From Nitrospirota bacterium (GTDB lineage Bacteria > Nitrospirota > JACRHJ01), in NCBI GenBank assembly GCA_963845245.1, contig CAWJRJ010000013.1:23234-87233 (forward strand): a stretch of DNA of 64,000 nt. The letters run 5' to 3'. The translations under genes and the position numbers were made by a program. The notes below the pieces were generated by a model. That model was not told where the DNA came from and ran no database searches. It saw nothing but the letters and a program-made list of their open reading frames with translations. Shown piece after piece: positions 53,407 to 64,000 of this stretch (position 1 is the first letter of the stretch; every line of letters starts with the position of its first letter).

Positions 53407-53455
53407 AAAACTCTACCTCCCCCAGATTGCGTTGCTTACCAGCAAATTATATTTC

Positions 53456-54740
53456 CTATAATTGCTTCAAGGCCTTAGCGGCCGCCCTAATGGTTTTGTC
53501 TATGTCGGCTTCCGTGTGGGCAAGCGACAGGAAGCCGGCCTCGAACTGCGAGGGCGCAAGGTTCACTCCCTCGGCCAGCATAAGCTTGAAATACTTTGAG
53601 AAGGCGGCGGTGTCGGATGTCTTCGCGCCCGCATAGTCGGTGACCGCCTTGTCCGTAAAGAACGCAGTGAACATCGAGCCGACGCGGTTGAAGGTCGCCT
53701 TCACGCCCGCCTTCTTGAACTCCGCCTTCAGACCCTCGTTCAAGAGCTTGCTGTTCTTTTCCAATGTCTTGTAGACGCCCGGCTTCTTCAGGAGCCGCAG
53801 GGTCTCTATGCCGGCTGTCATGGCCAGCGGGTTGCCGGAAAGCGTACCGGCCTGGTATATCGGACCCAGCGGGGACAGCTTCTCCATGATGTCTCTTCTT
53901 CCGCCGAACGCGCCCACCGGGAGCCCGCCGCCTATGACCTTGCCGAGGCAGGTGAGGTCCGGTTTTACCTTGTATATCGACTGGGCGCCGCCGTAGGCGA
54001 CCCTGAAACCGGTCATGACTTCGTCGAGTATGAGGAGCGCGCCGTGCTTCTCGCAGAGCGCCTTAAGCCCCGGGAGGAACTCCGGCGCGGGGGGCACGCA
54101 GCCCATGTTTCCTGCGACGGGTTCGACGATTATACATGCAATCTTTCCACCCTGCTTGTCCATGACGGCCTTGACGGCCTTCAGGTCGTTGTAGGGGCAG
54201 GTTAGAGTGCTTTCGGCAAGTCCCGCCGGCACGCCGGGCGAATCCGGCACACCGAAGGTCGCCGCGCCGCTTCCGGCCTTGACCAGCAGGCTGTCGGCAT
54301 GGCCGTGGTAGCCGCCGTCGAACTTTATTATGCTGTCGCGCCCGGTAAAGCCCCTGGCAAGCCTGATGGCGGACATCGTCGCCTCGGTGCCCGAGCTTAC
54401 CATCCTGCACCATCTCGATGGACGGGACGGCGTCGATGACCATCTTTGCCAGCGTTATCTCAAGCTCGGTGGGCGCGCCGAAGCTTGTCCCCTTCGATGC
54501 CGCCGCCTTGAGAGCCTTTATCACCACCGGGTGCGCATGGCCCAGTATCATCGGGCCCCAGGAGAGGACATAGTCTATGTATGAGTTGCCGTCGACATCG
54601 TAGATCTTGCTGCCCTTGGCCTTTGCGACGAAGAGCGGGTCCATTCCGACGTTCCGAAACGCGCGTACCGGGGAGTTGACGCCGCCGGGTATGTACTTCT
54701 TGGCGATATTGAACAGCTTGTGAGATTTTTCGGTTTTCAT
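53456..54740 (-). CDS. hemL: Glutamate-1-semialdehyde 2,1-aminomutase; apparent frameshift near 54405
   Basis: [50 protein letters not shown]. Confidence 0.97.
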
Positions 54741-54964
54741 AGTGTAAAGCTTCTCCCCCAGTAATGAGGATGGTCAAAAATGACCATAAATTCCAGTTCG
54801 GCTGTGAAATCTAACATATAATCCAACAAAAAGTCAAATGGAAATCCTCTTTATGTCCTGATGTTTGGCTGAAATTCGGGCGTATGGCAGTTTTACCCGT
54901 CCAGCAAAAGATTTTATGCTATATTTATTTAAACAACTGATAAACGGAAAAGGGGGAAAGTCTT

Positions 54965-55471
54965 ATGAAATTTGAAGAACTTTTAAAAACGGCCATAAGG
55001 ATGGAGGAGGAAGGATACGACTTCTACAAGCAGGCGGAGAGCCGGACCGCCAACAAGACCGGAAAGGCGATGTTCAACTTCCTTGCCGAGTACGAGGTGC
55101 ACCACAAGAAGCTGCTTGAGAAACTTATGAACAAGGGGGTCCCCGAGATGTGTGAACTGGACATCCCTTTTCCGAAAGACAAGATAAAGTCGGTATTCGC
55201 CGACGCAAAGGCCCATATGGAAACCAGTGCCCCTCCGACGGCGGACGACATCGACGCGCTTACCTTCGCAATGGGCAAGGAGACGGAGAGCTACAAGATG
55301 TACCATGAGGCCGCCAATGACGCGTCTGACCCGAAGATAAAGGCGACATTTGCGAGGATGGCCATTGAGGAAAACCAGCATTACGAGATACTCGAACAGA
55401 CCAGGTACTATCTGAAGGAAAACCAGATATGGAGCATCTGGGAGGAGGGCGGCCCTATCGAGGGCGGCTGA
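54965..55471 (+). CDS. Ferritin-like/rubrerythrin family di-iron protein
   Basis: E..GY.FY, E.EVHH, E..SY..Y, EENQHY. Confidence 0.85.
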   Translation: MKFEELLKTAIRMEEEGYDFYKQAESRTANKTGKAMFNFLAEYEVHHKKLLEKLMNKGVPEMCELDIPFPKDKIKSVFADAKAHMETSAPPTADDIDALTFAMGKETESYKMYHEAANDASDPKIKATFARMAIEENQHYEILEQTRYYLKENQIWSIWEEGGPIEGG

Positions 55472-55520
55472 GAAAATTGATGCTTTATTCTGGTCTTAAT
55501 ATTTGATTTTTTTAGGTTAT

Positions 55521-55552
55521 AAAAAAGCGCATGAAAATAATGCGCTTTTTTT
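55521..55552 (+). terminator. Rho-independent terminator
   Basis: AAAAAAGCGCAT-loop-ATGCGCTTTTTTT. Confidence 0.75.
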
Positions 55553-55562
55553 AATCAAAATG

Positions 55563-55580
55563 CTTGACATTAAGGTCAAG
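55563..55580 (+). promoter_or_regulatory. Palindrome overlapping the -35 of the cytochrome/FeS/NrfD operon
   Basis: CTTGAC-N6-GTCAAG containing TTGACA, with CATTAT 17 nt downstream. Confidence 0.45.
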
Positions 55581-55707
55581 TTTATTCATTATCAATCATG
55601 TTAGAATAGTTACGGTTAGTATCCATACAAAAACGCTTTTAGTAATCAAAAAGGAGGGTAAAATACCGGTTTTTTCTCAACAGTTTTAGAAAAAGGAGAC
55701 CGAGAAA

Positions 55708-56181
55708 TTGAAAAATCATGTCTGGCGACCTCTCTTTGTTGTATTGGGTCTTGTCGCAATTATCCTCATAGTAAGGCTCTTTTACGTGCCGAAGGACTTT
55801 GGGATACAGGACCAGGGTTATATGTACGGATTCCATCGCCTCGGAAACGAGAAGGAATGGAAATCCATGAAGGTCAATTACAAGCACGACATCGAGTATT
55901 GCAAGGGCTGTCATGAAGACAAGGTGACCAGCCTTCAGAGTTCCCCCCATTCCATAATCCCATGCGAAGACTGCCATGGCCCGGCCATGGACCATCCGGA
56001 CAACCCGCCCAAGCTCACAATAGACAAAAGCCGTGAGCTGTGCCTGAGGTGCCACGCGTTTCTCCCTTACCCGACGAGCGGAAGGGCTGTAATCAACGGA
56101 ATAGACCCAGATAAGCACAACCCCGGCGTAGAGTGCGTATCGTGCCATAACCCGCACAATCCGATGGAGGGACTGAAATAA
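55708..56181 (+). CDS. Membrane-anchored tetraheme cytochrome c
   Basis: TTG start after AGGAG; TM helix; CKGCH, CEDCH, CLRCH, CVSCH. Confidence 0.88.
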   Translation: MKNHVWRPLFVVLGLVAIILIVRLFYVPKDFGIQDQGYMYGFHRLGNEKEWKSMKVNYKHDIEYCKGCHEDKVTSLQSSPHSIIPCEDCHGPAMDHPDNPPKLTIDKSRELCLRCHAFLPYPTSGRAVINGIDPDKHNPGVECVSCHNPHNPMEGLK

Positions 56182-56955
56182 TGGAAAGGCGAGATTTCTT
56201 AAGAAGCGCGGCTGTATTTATTGCAGGGGCTGCCATTCCGGTGTCTGCCCTCCAGCTTATCAGTCCGAAGAAGGTATTTGCGGCCAACCCGAGCCTCCGT
56301 TGGGCATTCCTCGTCGACACCACCAAATGCGTCGGCTGCGGCATGTGCGTGAAGGCCTGCAAGCTTGAAAACGATATACCATTCGATGCCAATGTCACAA
56401 GGACATGGGTGGAACGCTACGTTCTAACCAAGGACGGTAAGACTTCACGCCGATTCCCCGAAGGGCGCCAGAAACGGCTTCACCGACCCCAGAATAGACG
56501 AGGGCATCGACGGGATGAAGTCTATAAACCCGGAGGACATCACAAAGGCATTCTTCGTACCGAAGCTGTGCAACCAGTGCGAAAACCCGCCCTGCGTGCA
56601 GGTCTGCCCGGTAGGGGCCACCTACAAGACACCGGACGGGGTCGTGCTCATCGACAGGACGTGGTGCATCGGCTGCGGCTACTGCGTGATGGGTTGTCCG
56701 TACGGCGCGCGTTTCTTCCACCCGAAATACCATGTGGCCGACAAATGCAACTTCTGCTACCACCGTATCAGCCAGGGGCTGAAGACCGCATGCGTCGGGG
56801 CCTGCCCGTTCGAGGCGAGGAAGATAGGCAACCTCAAGGACCTTAACGACCCGGTGACAAAGATCATAATGACTGAACGCATAGGGGTCCTCAAGGACGA
56901 ATACGGGACGAAGCCTCAGGCGTATTACATCGGACTCAGCAAGGAGGTGCGTTAG
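56181..56955 (+). CDS. Tat-exported 4Fe-4S protein (NrfC/PsrB family); apparent frameshift near 56445
   Basis: ERRDFL signal; CVGCGMCVKAC, CNQCENPPCVQVCP, CIGCGYCVMGCP, CNFC...ACVGACP. Confidence 0.92.
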
Positions 56956-56956
56956 C

Positions 56957-58192
56957 ATGGTACACGGAGAACTCTGGACGACGAAGGAACTCTTCGTCCT
57001 GCCAAATGAATATATCTACTGGGCGATACAGATAGTCATGTACCCGTTCATGACCGGCCTCGTTGCGGGAGCCTTCGTGCTCTCCTCTCTCTATCACGTC
57101 TTCGGCGTGAAGCAGCTCAAGGAGATCGCGCGGTTCGCCCTGGTCTTTTCTTTTGCGCTCCTGCCGGTGGCGATGATGCCGCTCCTGTTGCACCTCCAGC
57201 AGCCGCAGCGCGGCATAGAGGTGATGATGACTCCGCACTTCACCTCCGCCATCGCGGCCTTCGGCATAGTGTTCTCTACCTATGCGGCGATAGTGGCCTC
57301 CGAGCTGTGGTTCGTATACAGGAAGCATTTCGTCGAGTCAGCGAACGAATCAAACGGCATCAAAGGGAAGATATTCGGCCTGCTCACCCTGGGGGCGCGG
57401 GACATAAGCGAGGAGGCGATCGCGAGGGACCATAAGGCCGTGTCCATCCTGGCAGGCATAGGCATACCTGTCGCCTGTTTCCTGCACGGTTATGCAGGCT
57501 TCATCTTCGGCTCGGTCAAGGCGAACGCGCTCTGGATGACGCCGCTGATGCCGGTCATATTCATCATGTCCGCGATCGTCTCCGGCATCGCGCTCTGCAT
57601 CCTGACCTACATCATCACGATGGAGATCAGGAAGATGCTCGCCAAAAGCAAAAACAAGGACAGGATGCGTTACGGTGTCCGGACGGTAGAGGAGATGAGG
57701 GGCATGGAGACGATGGAGGTTAAGATCACCACGAAATACCTCCTTCTGTTCATGGTGTTCGCCATAAGCCTGGAGCTCCTCGACCTTGTGTTCAGGGGTT
57801 ATACCGCACAGAAGTCCTGGGACATACTACGCCAGGTAATATACGGCAAGGACTTCATGAACATCTTTATCCTGCAGTACGGCTTCGGAAACCTGCTCCC
57901 GTTCATCCTCCTGCTCCTGCCCGGCCTTACGGTCAGGCGGACGGTACTTATCACGATACTCGTGCTCTTCGGCGTGTTCATGATGAGGTGGAACGTCGTC
58001 ATCGGCGGCCAGGCGTTCTCGCTTACCTTCATGGGCTTCATGCATTACCACTTCCCGGTTATCCCGACCAGCATTGAGACATTCAAGGAAGGACTGGGCG
58101 GCGTGATATCGGTGGCGGTCACGCCGTACATACTCTTCTACATCTTCAACAAGTTCATGCCGGTATTCAAGGCGGAGACTGAGCCGCGCTAA
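56957..58192 (+). CDS. NrfD/PsrC family membrane quinol-interacting subunit
   Basis: W...IVMYPFMTGLVAG, LLLHL.QP.R, TSAI, LHGY.GF, RWNVVIGGQ; multiple TM helices. Confidence 0.9.
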   Translation: MVHGELWTTKELFVLPNEYIYWAIQIVMYPFMTGLVAGAFVLSSLYHVFGVKQLKEIARFALVFSFALLPVAMMPLLLHLQQPQRGIEVMMTPHFTSAIAAFGIVFSTYAAIVASELWFVYRKHFVESANESNGIKGKIFGLLTLGARDISEEAIARDHKAVSILAGIGIPVACFLHGYAGFIFGSVKANALWMTPLMPVIFIMSAIVSGIALCILTYIITMEIRKMLAKSKNKDRMRYGVRTVEEMRGMETMEVKITTKYLLLFMVFAISLELLDLVFRGYTAQKSWDILRQVIYGKDFMNIFILQYGFGNLLPFILLLLPGLTVRRTVLITILVLFGVFMMRWNVVIGGQAFSLTFMGFMHYHFPVIPTSIETFKEGLGGVISVAVTPYILFYIFNKFMPVFKAETEPR

Positions 58193-58232
58193 AGGGGGAT
58201 TGTAGAAGAATCAGACAAACCGCTAAAGCATT

Positions 58233-58266
58233 AAAGGCCCGGCAGGGAGATCCTGCCGGGCTTTAT
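58233..58266 (+). terminator. Rho-independent terminator
   Basis: GCCCGGCAGG-GAGAT-CCTGCCGGGC-TTTATT. Confidence 0.8.
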
Positions 58267-58349
58267 TGTTAAATACGTTTGCATTTGACTTACATTTGCA
58301 ATAAAATTAGATTCTCATTGATGTTTATCCTGTAATTACAGAGGTATGA

Positions 58350-59093
58350 ATGGAAAAAGGCGGCCCCGCTTACGAGAAGCCAAACGGCAACTACTTAAAC
58401 CGCGAACAGTTCATAGTAAACGAGATCCAGGCCGGCGACACCTGGCGGATGTTCCGGATAATGGCCGAGTTCGTCGAGGGGTTCGAGCAGCTGAAAGCCG
58501 TCGGACACTCCGTGACCGTGTTCGGCTCGGCGCGCTCCAAGGAGTCGGACGTCCGCTACCAGATCGCGCGCCGTTTCGGCAAGGTCATGGCGGAGCGCAA
58601 CATCACCGTCATAACCGGCGGCGGGCCGGGCCTGATGGAGGCCGCAAGCCGGGGCGCGTTCGAGTCCGGCGGCAAGTCTGTCGGGCTCAACATCGAGCTG
58701 CCCCTCGAACAGGCGCATAACCCGTACCTGACGAAGGTCGTTACCTTCAGGCACTTCTTCATCCGCAAGGTGATGCTGGTCAAGTACTCCTCCGCGTTCA
58801 TCATCTTCCCCGGCGGCTTCGGCACGATGGACGAATGCTTCGAGGCGCTCACGCTCATCCAGACGATGAAGATAAAGCCGTTCCCGGTCATAATGGTGGA
58901 CAAGAAGTACTGGGGCGGGCTCTGGGAATGGGTCAGGGACCACATGCTGAAGGAGGGCATGGTCTCGCCTGCCGACCTGGAGCTTATAACCTTCCTGGAC
59001 GACCCGGTGGAGATTGCCGACAAGGTAATGGAAAGCATCGAGTCCGGCCTGGTCAAGGGCGGCCCTGCCATTTCCGACCACCCGATATACTAG
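58350..59093 (+). CDS. LOG family (TIGR00730) nucleotide phosphoribohydrolase
   Basis: VFGSAR, TGGGPGLM, FFIRK, PGGFGTMDE. Confidence 0.92.
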   Translation: MEKGGPAYEKPNGNYLNREQFIVNEIQAGDTWRMFRIMAEFVEGFEQLKAVGHSVTVFGSARSKESDVRYQIARRFGKVMAERNITVITGGGPGLMEAASRGAFESGGKSVGLNIELPLEQAHNPYLTKVVTFRHFFIRKVMLVKYSSAFIIFPGGFGTMDECFEALTLIQTMKIKPFPVIMVDKKYWGGLWEWVRDHMLKEGMVSPADLELITFLDDPVEIADKVMESIESGLVKGGPAISDHPIY

Positions 59094-59109
59094 GCCCGCC
59101 GGGAGCGAT

Positions 59110-59574
59110 ATGTCAGACACGCCAAAGAGCCGCCTGCACAAGTTCCAGCCCGACTACTCCTGGAGCGAGGTCAAGAAGGAGCAATACAAGGACACCGGGG
59201 GCTGCTGGTGCGGCATCGACAGAAACACCCTGATAGGCAACCGCGACGAGCCCGCGAAGTTCCACCTGCGCTACTTCGAGATCGAGCCGGGCGGCAACAG
59301 CTCCCTTGAGAAGCATGTCCACGAGCATGCAGTGATCTGCGCGCGCGGCCGTGGCCGGGCGATCGTGGAAGACCAGGTGCACGACCTCGACTTCATGGAC
59401 GTGCTGTACGTCGCGCCGGATATTCCCCACCAGCTTCTGAACCCGTACGACGAGCGGTTCGGCTTCTTCTGCATAGTGGACGCGGAGCGCGACCGCCCGC
59501 GCGAGCTCGACGACGAAGACTTAAAGAAACTGGATGCCTCGCTTGAGGCGAGAGACGTGTACAGGAAGATATAA
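59110..59574 (+). CDS. Cupin domain protein
   Basis: RYFEIEPGG.S.LEKH.HEH, D..YV.P...HQ..N, FGFFCIVD. Confidence 0.88.
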   Translation: MSDTPKSRLHKFQPDYSWSEVKKEQYKDTGGCWCGIDRNTLIGNRDEPAKFHLRYFEIEPGGNSSLEKHVHEHAVICARGRGRAIVEDQVHDLDFMDVLYVAPDIPHQLLNPYDERFGFFCIVDAERDRPRELDDEDLKKLDASLEARDVYRKI

Positions 59575-59576
59575 CA

Positions 59577-61150
59577 ATGCTCTTAATCAAAAACATAACA
59601 ATCTACGACGGGACCGGCTCTGAGGGATACGTCTCCGACATACTCGTTGACGGCGACAAGATAGCCGACATCCGCACCGGCATAAAGATCCGACGCCGGG
59701 CGCATCATCGACGGCACGGGGCTCGCCGCCGCGCCCGGCTTCATCGACATCCACGCGCATTCCGAGTTCACGCTGCTTGCCGACCCGACCGGGCAGTCGC
59801 AAGGTGATGCAGGGCGTCACGACCGAGGTGTCCGGCAACTGCGGCCTGTCCGCCGGGCCGCTTCTGGATGATGCCGCGAACGCACGCAAGAAGGACCTTG
59901 CCGAGTACGGCCTCACGCAGAACTGGTCGACCCTCGATGAATTCTTTGCGCAGCTTGAGGCGAGAGGCCCGGCCGTGAACTTCGCCACATTCTGCGGCCA
60001 CGGAAACCTCCGCGCGTCCGTCATGGGCTATGCCGACCGCGAGCCGACCGAAGAAGAGTACGTACGGATGGAAGGGCTGCTGGACGACGCCATGAAGGCG
60101 GGAGCGTTTGGTTTAAGCTCCGGACTTATCTACCCGCCCGGCGTATACAGCAAGACGGAAGAACTGATACGCCTCGCGAAGGTGGCGGCACGCCACGGCG
60201 GTGTGTACGCCAGCCATATGCGAAGCGAGGGCGCGAAGGTGGTCGAGGCGATAGAGGAGGCGATACGCATCGGCCGCGAGGGCGGACTTCCGGTGCAGAT
60301 ATCCCACATAAAGACCGCCGGGCCTTCCAACTGGCACAAGATAAACCAGATAATAGAGACGATTGAGAAGGCGCGCGCCGAGGGCGTGAACGTCACCGCC
60401 GACAGGTACCCCTACACCGCCGCCAGCACCGACCTCGACGCGATATTCCCGGCGTGGTCGTACGAGGGCGGGGCAAAAGAAGAGGTAGCGCGGCTGAAGG
60501 ACCCGGAGATACGCGCGAAGCTGATGCGGGAGGTGCTGGACGGCCACCCGGTGCCGGAGTACTGGGACAGGGTGATGATATCCTCGGTGGTGAACGAGGC
60601 CAACCGTCCGCTTGAGGGCAAGACGATGGCACAGGCGGCGGTGATGCGCGGACAGGAGCCGATCGAGGCGCTGTTCGACATCCTCATTGAAGAAGAGGTC
60701 CGCACTCAGGCCATATACTTCTCGATGAGTGAGGACAACCTCCGGACGTTCCTGAAAAAGGACTGGTGCATGATAGGCTCGGACTCGTCCGCGCGCGGCA
60801 TGTCCGGCCCCACAAGACAGGGCAAGCCACATCCGCGCGGCTTCGGCAGCTTCCCGCGCGTTCTGGGTAAATTCGCCCGCGAGGAAGGCGTGCTTACGCT
60901 CCCGCAGGCCGTCAGGAAGATTACCGGCATGGCCGCCGACAAGCTCGGGCTTGCAGGGCGCGGATACATCAAAGTGGGTAATTTTGCCGATATTGTGATA
61001 TTTGATGCGCATCAGGTGGCGGACAGAGCCACTTTTGAAGACCCATATCAGTATTCAGTGGGAATAAAGCAGGTGCTGGTGAACGGCGACGTCGCCGTCT
61101 GCGAAGGAAGGCAGACGGACAAGCGTTCGGGCCGGATATTGAGGAAATAG
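59577..61150 (+). CDS. N-acyl-D-amino-acid deacylase (amidohydrolase); two apparent frameshifts near 59690 and 59790
   Basis: PGFIDIHAHSE, QGVTTEV.GNCG, SHMRSE, SHIK, GSDS, HPRGFGSFPR. Confidence 0.92.
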
Positions 61151-61159
61151 TTTGTGTAG

Positions 61160-61315
61160 CCTCCGGGCTCGCTACGCGGCGGAAGGACCGGACAAATCTA
61201 AACTTGCCGGGCTAAGTTGAAAAACTCGCTTCGCTCAGACAGTTTCAACTTTGACGCCCGCCTTCGTCAAGATTTGTTGACCTAACCTTCCGCAAGGTCC
61301 GCTCGCGCCAGAGGC
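61160..61315 (-). repeat. Long imperfect hairpin repeat, copy A (inverted core)
   Basis: Arms GCGGAAGG/CCTTCCGC, ACAAATCT/AGATTTGT, AAGTTGAAA/TTTCAACTT around AACTCGCTTCGCTCAGACAG (61223..61242). Confidence 0.75.
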
Positions 61316-61342
61316 GTCGACTTTGAAAGTCTTTAAAGAGCA

Positions 61343-61517
61343 CCGCCTGTCAGAACGAGCGCACTTGCGATGAGCGAGTTGGTGCGATTTAGCGAAGCGT
61401 AGCGTCGCTGGCAAGCAACTGTCTGACGAGTGCCGAAGGTGCGAGGAGTTTTGCTTGCATAGCGAAGCGAACTTAGACGCACCCGAACGAATCGCCGGGA
61501 GCGAGCCTGATAGGCTA
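61343..61517 (+). repeat. Long imperfect hairpin repeat, copy B
   Basis: CCGCCTGTC...CGCACTTGCG...GAGTTG...GCGTCGC...GCAACTGTCTGA...GAGTTTTGC...CTTAGA...CGCCGGGAG...GATAGGCTA, colinear with copy C. Confidence 0.85.
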
Positions 61518-61529
61518 TAGAAATAATCT

Positions 61530-62207
61530 ATGCGCCCAATAATCGGCATCACCCAAGACATAGAACTGAAGGAGTCGGCGGCTTCTGGGCATACCTCGAC
61601 AGAAACTACGCCGAGGCCGTGTACCGTTTCGGCGGGATGCCGCTGATGATCCCCATCCTTGAGGAGCACGGGGCAGTTGCGGAGTTCGCGGGCAGGATCG
61701 ACGGCCTGCTGCTCTCCGGCGGCGACGACATACACCCGCGCTACTACGGCGAGGAACTTTCAGAGAAGACCGGCCTCTCGCCGGATATCCGCACAGACTA
61801 CGAGTTCGCGCTGTTAAAGGAAATGCTCGCGCTGGACAAGCCGGTGCTCGGCATATGCCTGGGCGTGCAGGCGATGAACGTATACTTCGGCGGGAAGCTC
61901 CACCAGGACATAGGCGGCCACAAGGAAAAGGGCGCGGATAGCTACCACGAGGTGAAGGTGGAGGGCGGCATGCTTGCGGATATAGTCGGCGCGGGCATGA
62001 TGCGCGTGAACAGCTTCCACCACCAGGCGATCAAGACGGTCGGCGACGGCCTGCTACGCATCCGCCGTATCGCCGGACGGTATCGTCGAGGCGGTCGAGG
62101 TTCCCGGCAAGAGGTTCGCCATCGGCGTGCAGTGGCACCCGGAACGTATGTGGGACGACGAAAAAGCAACAAAACTTTTCCAAGCCTTTATTCAAGCTTG
62201 TAAATAG
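61530..62207 (+). CDS. Peptidase C26 / gamma-glutamyl hydrolase (PuuD-like); two apparent frameshifts
   Basis: PIIGIT, DGLLLSGGDDI.P, LGICLG.Q, VNSFHHQ, GVQWHPE. Confidence 0.9.
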
Positions 62208-62209
62208 CC

Positions 62210-62369
62210 CCGCCTGTCGGGACGAACGCACTTGCGGCGACCGAGTTGTAATTTCTTGGCGATGTGAGCGTCGCGGCAGCAACTGTCTGAGCGAAGCGAG
62301 TTTTGCTGCCCGCAGTGAGCGAGCTTAGAAATACACGAGGAAACCGCCGGGAGTGAGCCCGATAGGCTA
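62210..62369 (+). repeat. Long imperfect hairpin repeat, copy C
   Basis: Colinear with copy B; core CTGTCTGAGCGAAGCGAGTT (62283..62302) is the exact reverse complement of the copy A core. Confidence 0.85.
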
Positions 62370-62390
62370 AAAAAACGACATTGAGCTTTT

Positions 62391-63954
62391 ATGTTTAAAA
62401 AATTTTTCTCTTTTATCGTCACCCTAATACTACTATCCGCCTGCTCCCAGCAGCCACGCCTGCCCGGCTACCTCTACCTGCGCCTCGCATCCGACCCGAC
62501 AACCCTCGACCCGGCGGCCATCGTGGACACCGCAGGCAGCACGATTGCGGCCAAGATATTCAACGGCCTCGTCGGCTTCGACCCGGACGCAAAGATCGTC
62601 CCGGACATCGCGGAGTCGTACACGATAAGCCCGGACGGCAAAGTCTATATATTCAAACTCCGGCCCGGAGTAAAATTTCAGAACGGCCGCGAGGTGACTG
62701 CCGCCGACTTCAAGTACTCTTTCGAGCGGGTGCTCTCGCCCAAGACCAAGTCCCCGCGCACATGGCTGTTCGACAGGATAGCCGGCGCGAAAGAGTTCAT
62801 GGACGGCAAGACGTCCGAGGTATCGGGCATCAAGGCCGACGGCCAGACTCTCACTATCGAGCTTGCCGCCCCGTTCGGGCCGTTCCTGGGCCTGCTTGCG
62901 ATGCCGGGCGCATACGTCGTGCCTCAGGAAGATGTGGAGAAATGGGGCGAGGACTTCTCAGACCATGCCGCCGGGACCGGGCCGTACAGGCTTGAGATAT
63001 GGGAGCACGGAAGCCGTTTGCTGCTCTCAGCAAACGCCGCCTACTTCGGAGAAAAGCCGCTCATCAAGGGCATAAACTACCGCGTCATACCGGAGGACCT
63101 GACCGCCGTTGCGGAGTTCGAACGCGGGAACCTCGACGTCCAGAGCATACCCGCGCCGGAGTACAGGCGGTACACGGAAAGCCACAAGTGGAAAGGCCTG
63201 ATACTCTCGCAGGTCGGGATGAACACCTATTACCTGGGGCTGAACTGCTCGAAGGCCCCGTTTGACAACCCGCTCCTTCGCAAGGCCGTGTCTGCCGCGA
63301 TAGACCGCGAACGGATACTGAAGACCGTCTACGAGGGGCGCGGCCTTCTGGCCGACGGCCCGGTGCCCGGCACGCTTCTGACACCGGGCAGCCCGGTTAT
63401 AAAGTACGACCCTGAGGCCGCAAAAAAATACCTTGCCCAGGCCGGCAAGCCGGACGGCTTCGACATGAAGATATACATAGGAGCAGACCAGGAGACGCTC
63501 GACATGGTCGAGGTGATACAGCAGTACCTGGCCGCCGTGGGCATAAAGGCGTCGATCGTCCAGCTTGAGTGGTCGGCCTTCAAGCAGGCGATAAACAACG
63601 GCGACGCGGACGCGTTCTGGCTAAGCTGGCAGGCGGACTACCCGGACCCGGAGAACTTCCTCTACCCGGTTTTCTACAGCGGCAACTTCGGCTCGGCCGG
63701 CAACCGCGCACGCTTCAAGGACGAGATGTTCGACAGCCTCATAACGAAGGCCCAGACGGAACCGGACGCAAGAAAGCGCGAGGCGCTCTACCGGGCCGCG
63801 CAGGAGCGGGTGGTGGAGATGGCCCCGTGGGTCTTCTTCTGGCACAAGAAGGACTTTATCGTACGCCAGCCCTGGGTGACGCGGATACAGGCTCTACCCC
63901 ATAAGCAACGCGGACAAGGGGCTCGGGGTGGGCCTTGGCCTCGTCGGCAAATAG
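62391..63954 (+). CDS. ABC transporter substrate-binding lipoprotein, family 5 (OppA/DppA); probable indel near 63885
   Basis: Hand translation: lipobox LSAC, DPTTLDP, FKLRPGVKF.NG..VTA.D..YS.ER, GTGPY, PFDN..LRKA...AIDR, W.ADYPDP.NFL; corrected frame ends at TAG 63952-63954. Confidence 0.9.
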
Positions 63955-64000
63955 CGCAAAATACTTGTCAAAACAAGGAATTTTATGTAGTATTAACTGC

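Noticed and set aside
61415..61455. Hammerhead ribozyme (CTGACGAG core) in repeat copy B
   Set aside because: The required GAAA after stem II is absent, and the other copies lack CUGANGA.
61235..62422. Minus-strand ORFs 61235..61735 and 62192..62422 with similar translations
   Set aside because: The similarity comes from the non-coding hairpin repeat; no RBS or protein motif.

Overview
A GC-rich (roughly 55-60% by eye) bacterial chromosome segment. The gene content suggests an anaerobic, cytochrome-rich organism such as Nitrospirota or Desulfobacterota (inference, not a database match). Housekeeping genes include ccsA/resB, tsaC, queC, an RhlB-like helicase, nth, coaD, smpB, pgk, gap, pyk, tex, serS with tRNA-Ser(TGA), tRNA-Ser(GCT) and tRNA-Arg(ACG), and hemL. 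More than 20 genes, including hemL and pyk, are split by single-base indels, most simply read as long-read consensus errors; I joined them. Accessory content: four multiheme cytochrome genes, a cytochrome/FeS/NrfD module, two AT-rich defence-like islets (DUF6602-like + hicBA; HNH + PD-(D/E)XK-like + brnT/brnA remnant), and a Ser/Thr kinase-TPR/NHL-PEGA/PDZ operon facing an FHA-GAF adenylate cyclase. Best candidates for something undescribed: (1) a secreted 1139-aa protein with an SGNH hydrolase nested inside an Ig domain and fused to 7 CXXCH heme motifs, next to a TMTC-type glycosyltransferase; (2) two paralogous secreted proteins of three CX7C beta-barrel repeats each, clustered with tandem Cys-tailed DUF2892 genes and sharing one terminator hairpin family; (3) long covarying hairpin repeats around a C26 peptidase gene. 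Two small ORFs missed by the ORF track (a 34-aa TatA-like peptide and a 41-aa membrane peptide) were read by hand. No CRISPR array, rRNA, integrase or transposase was seen.
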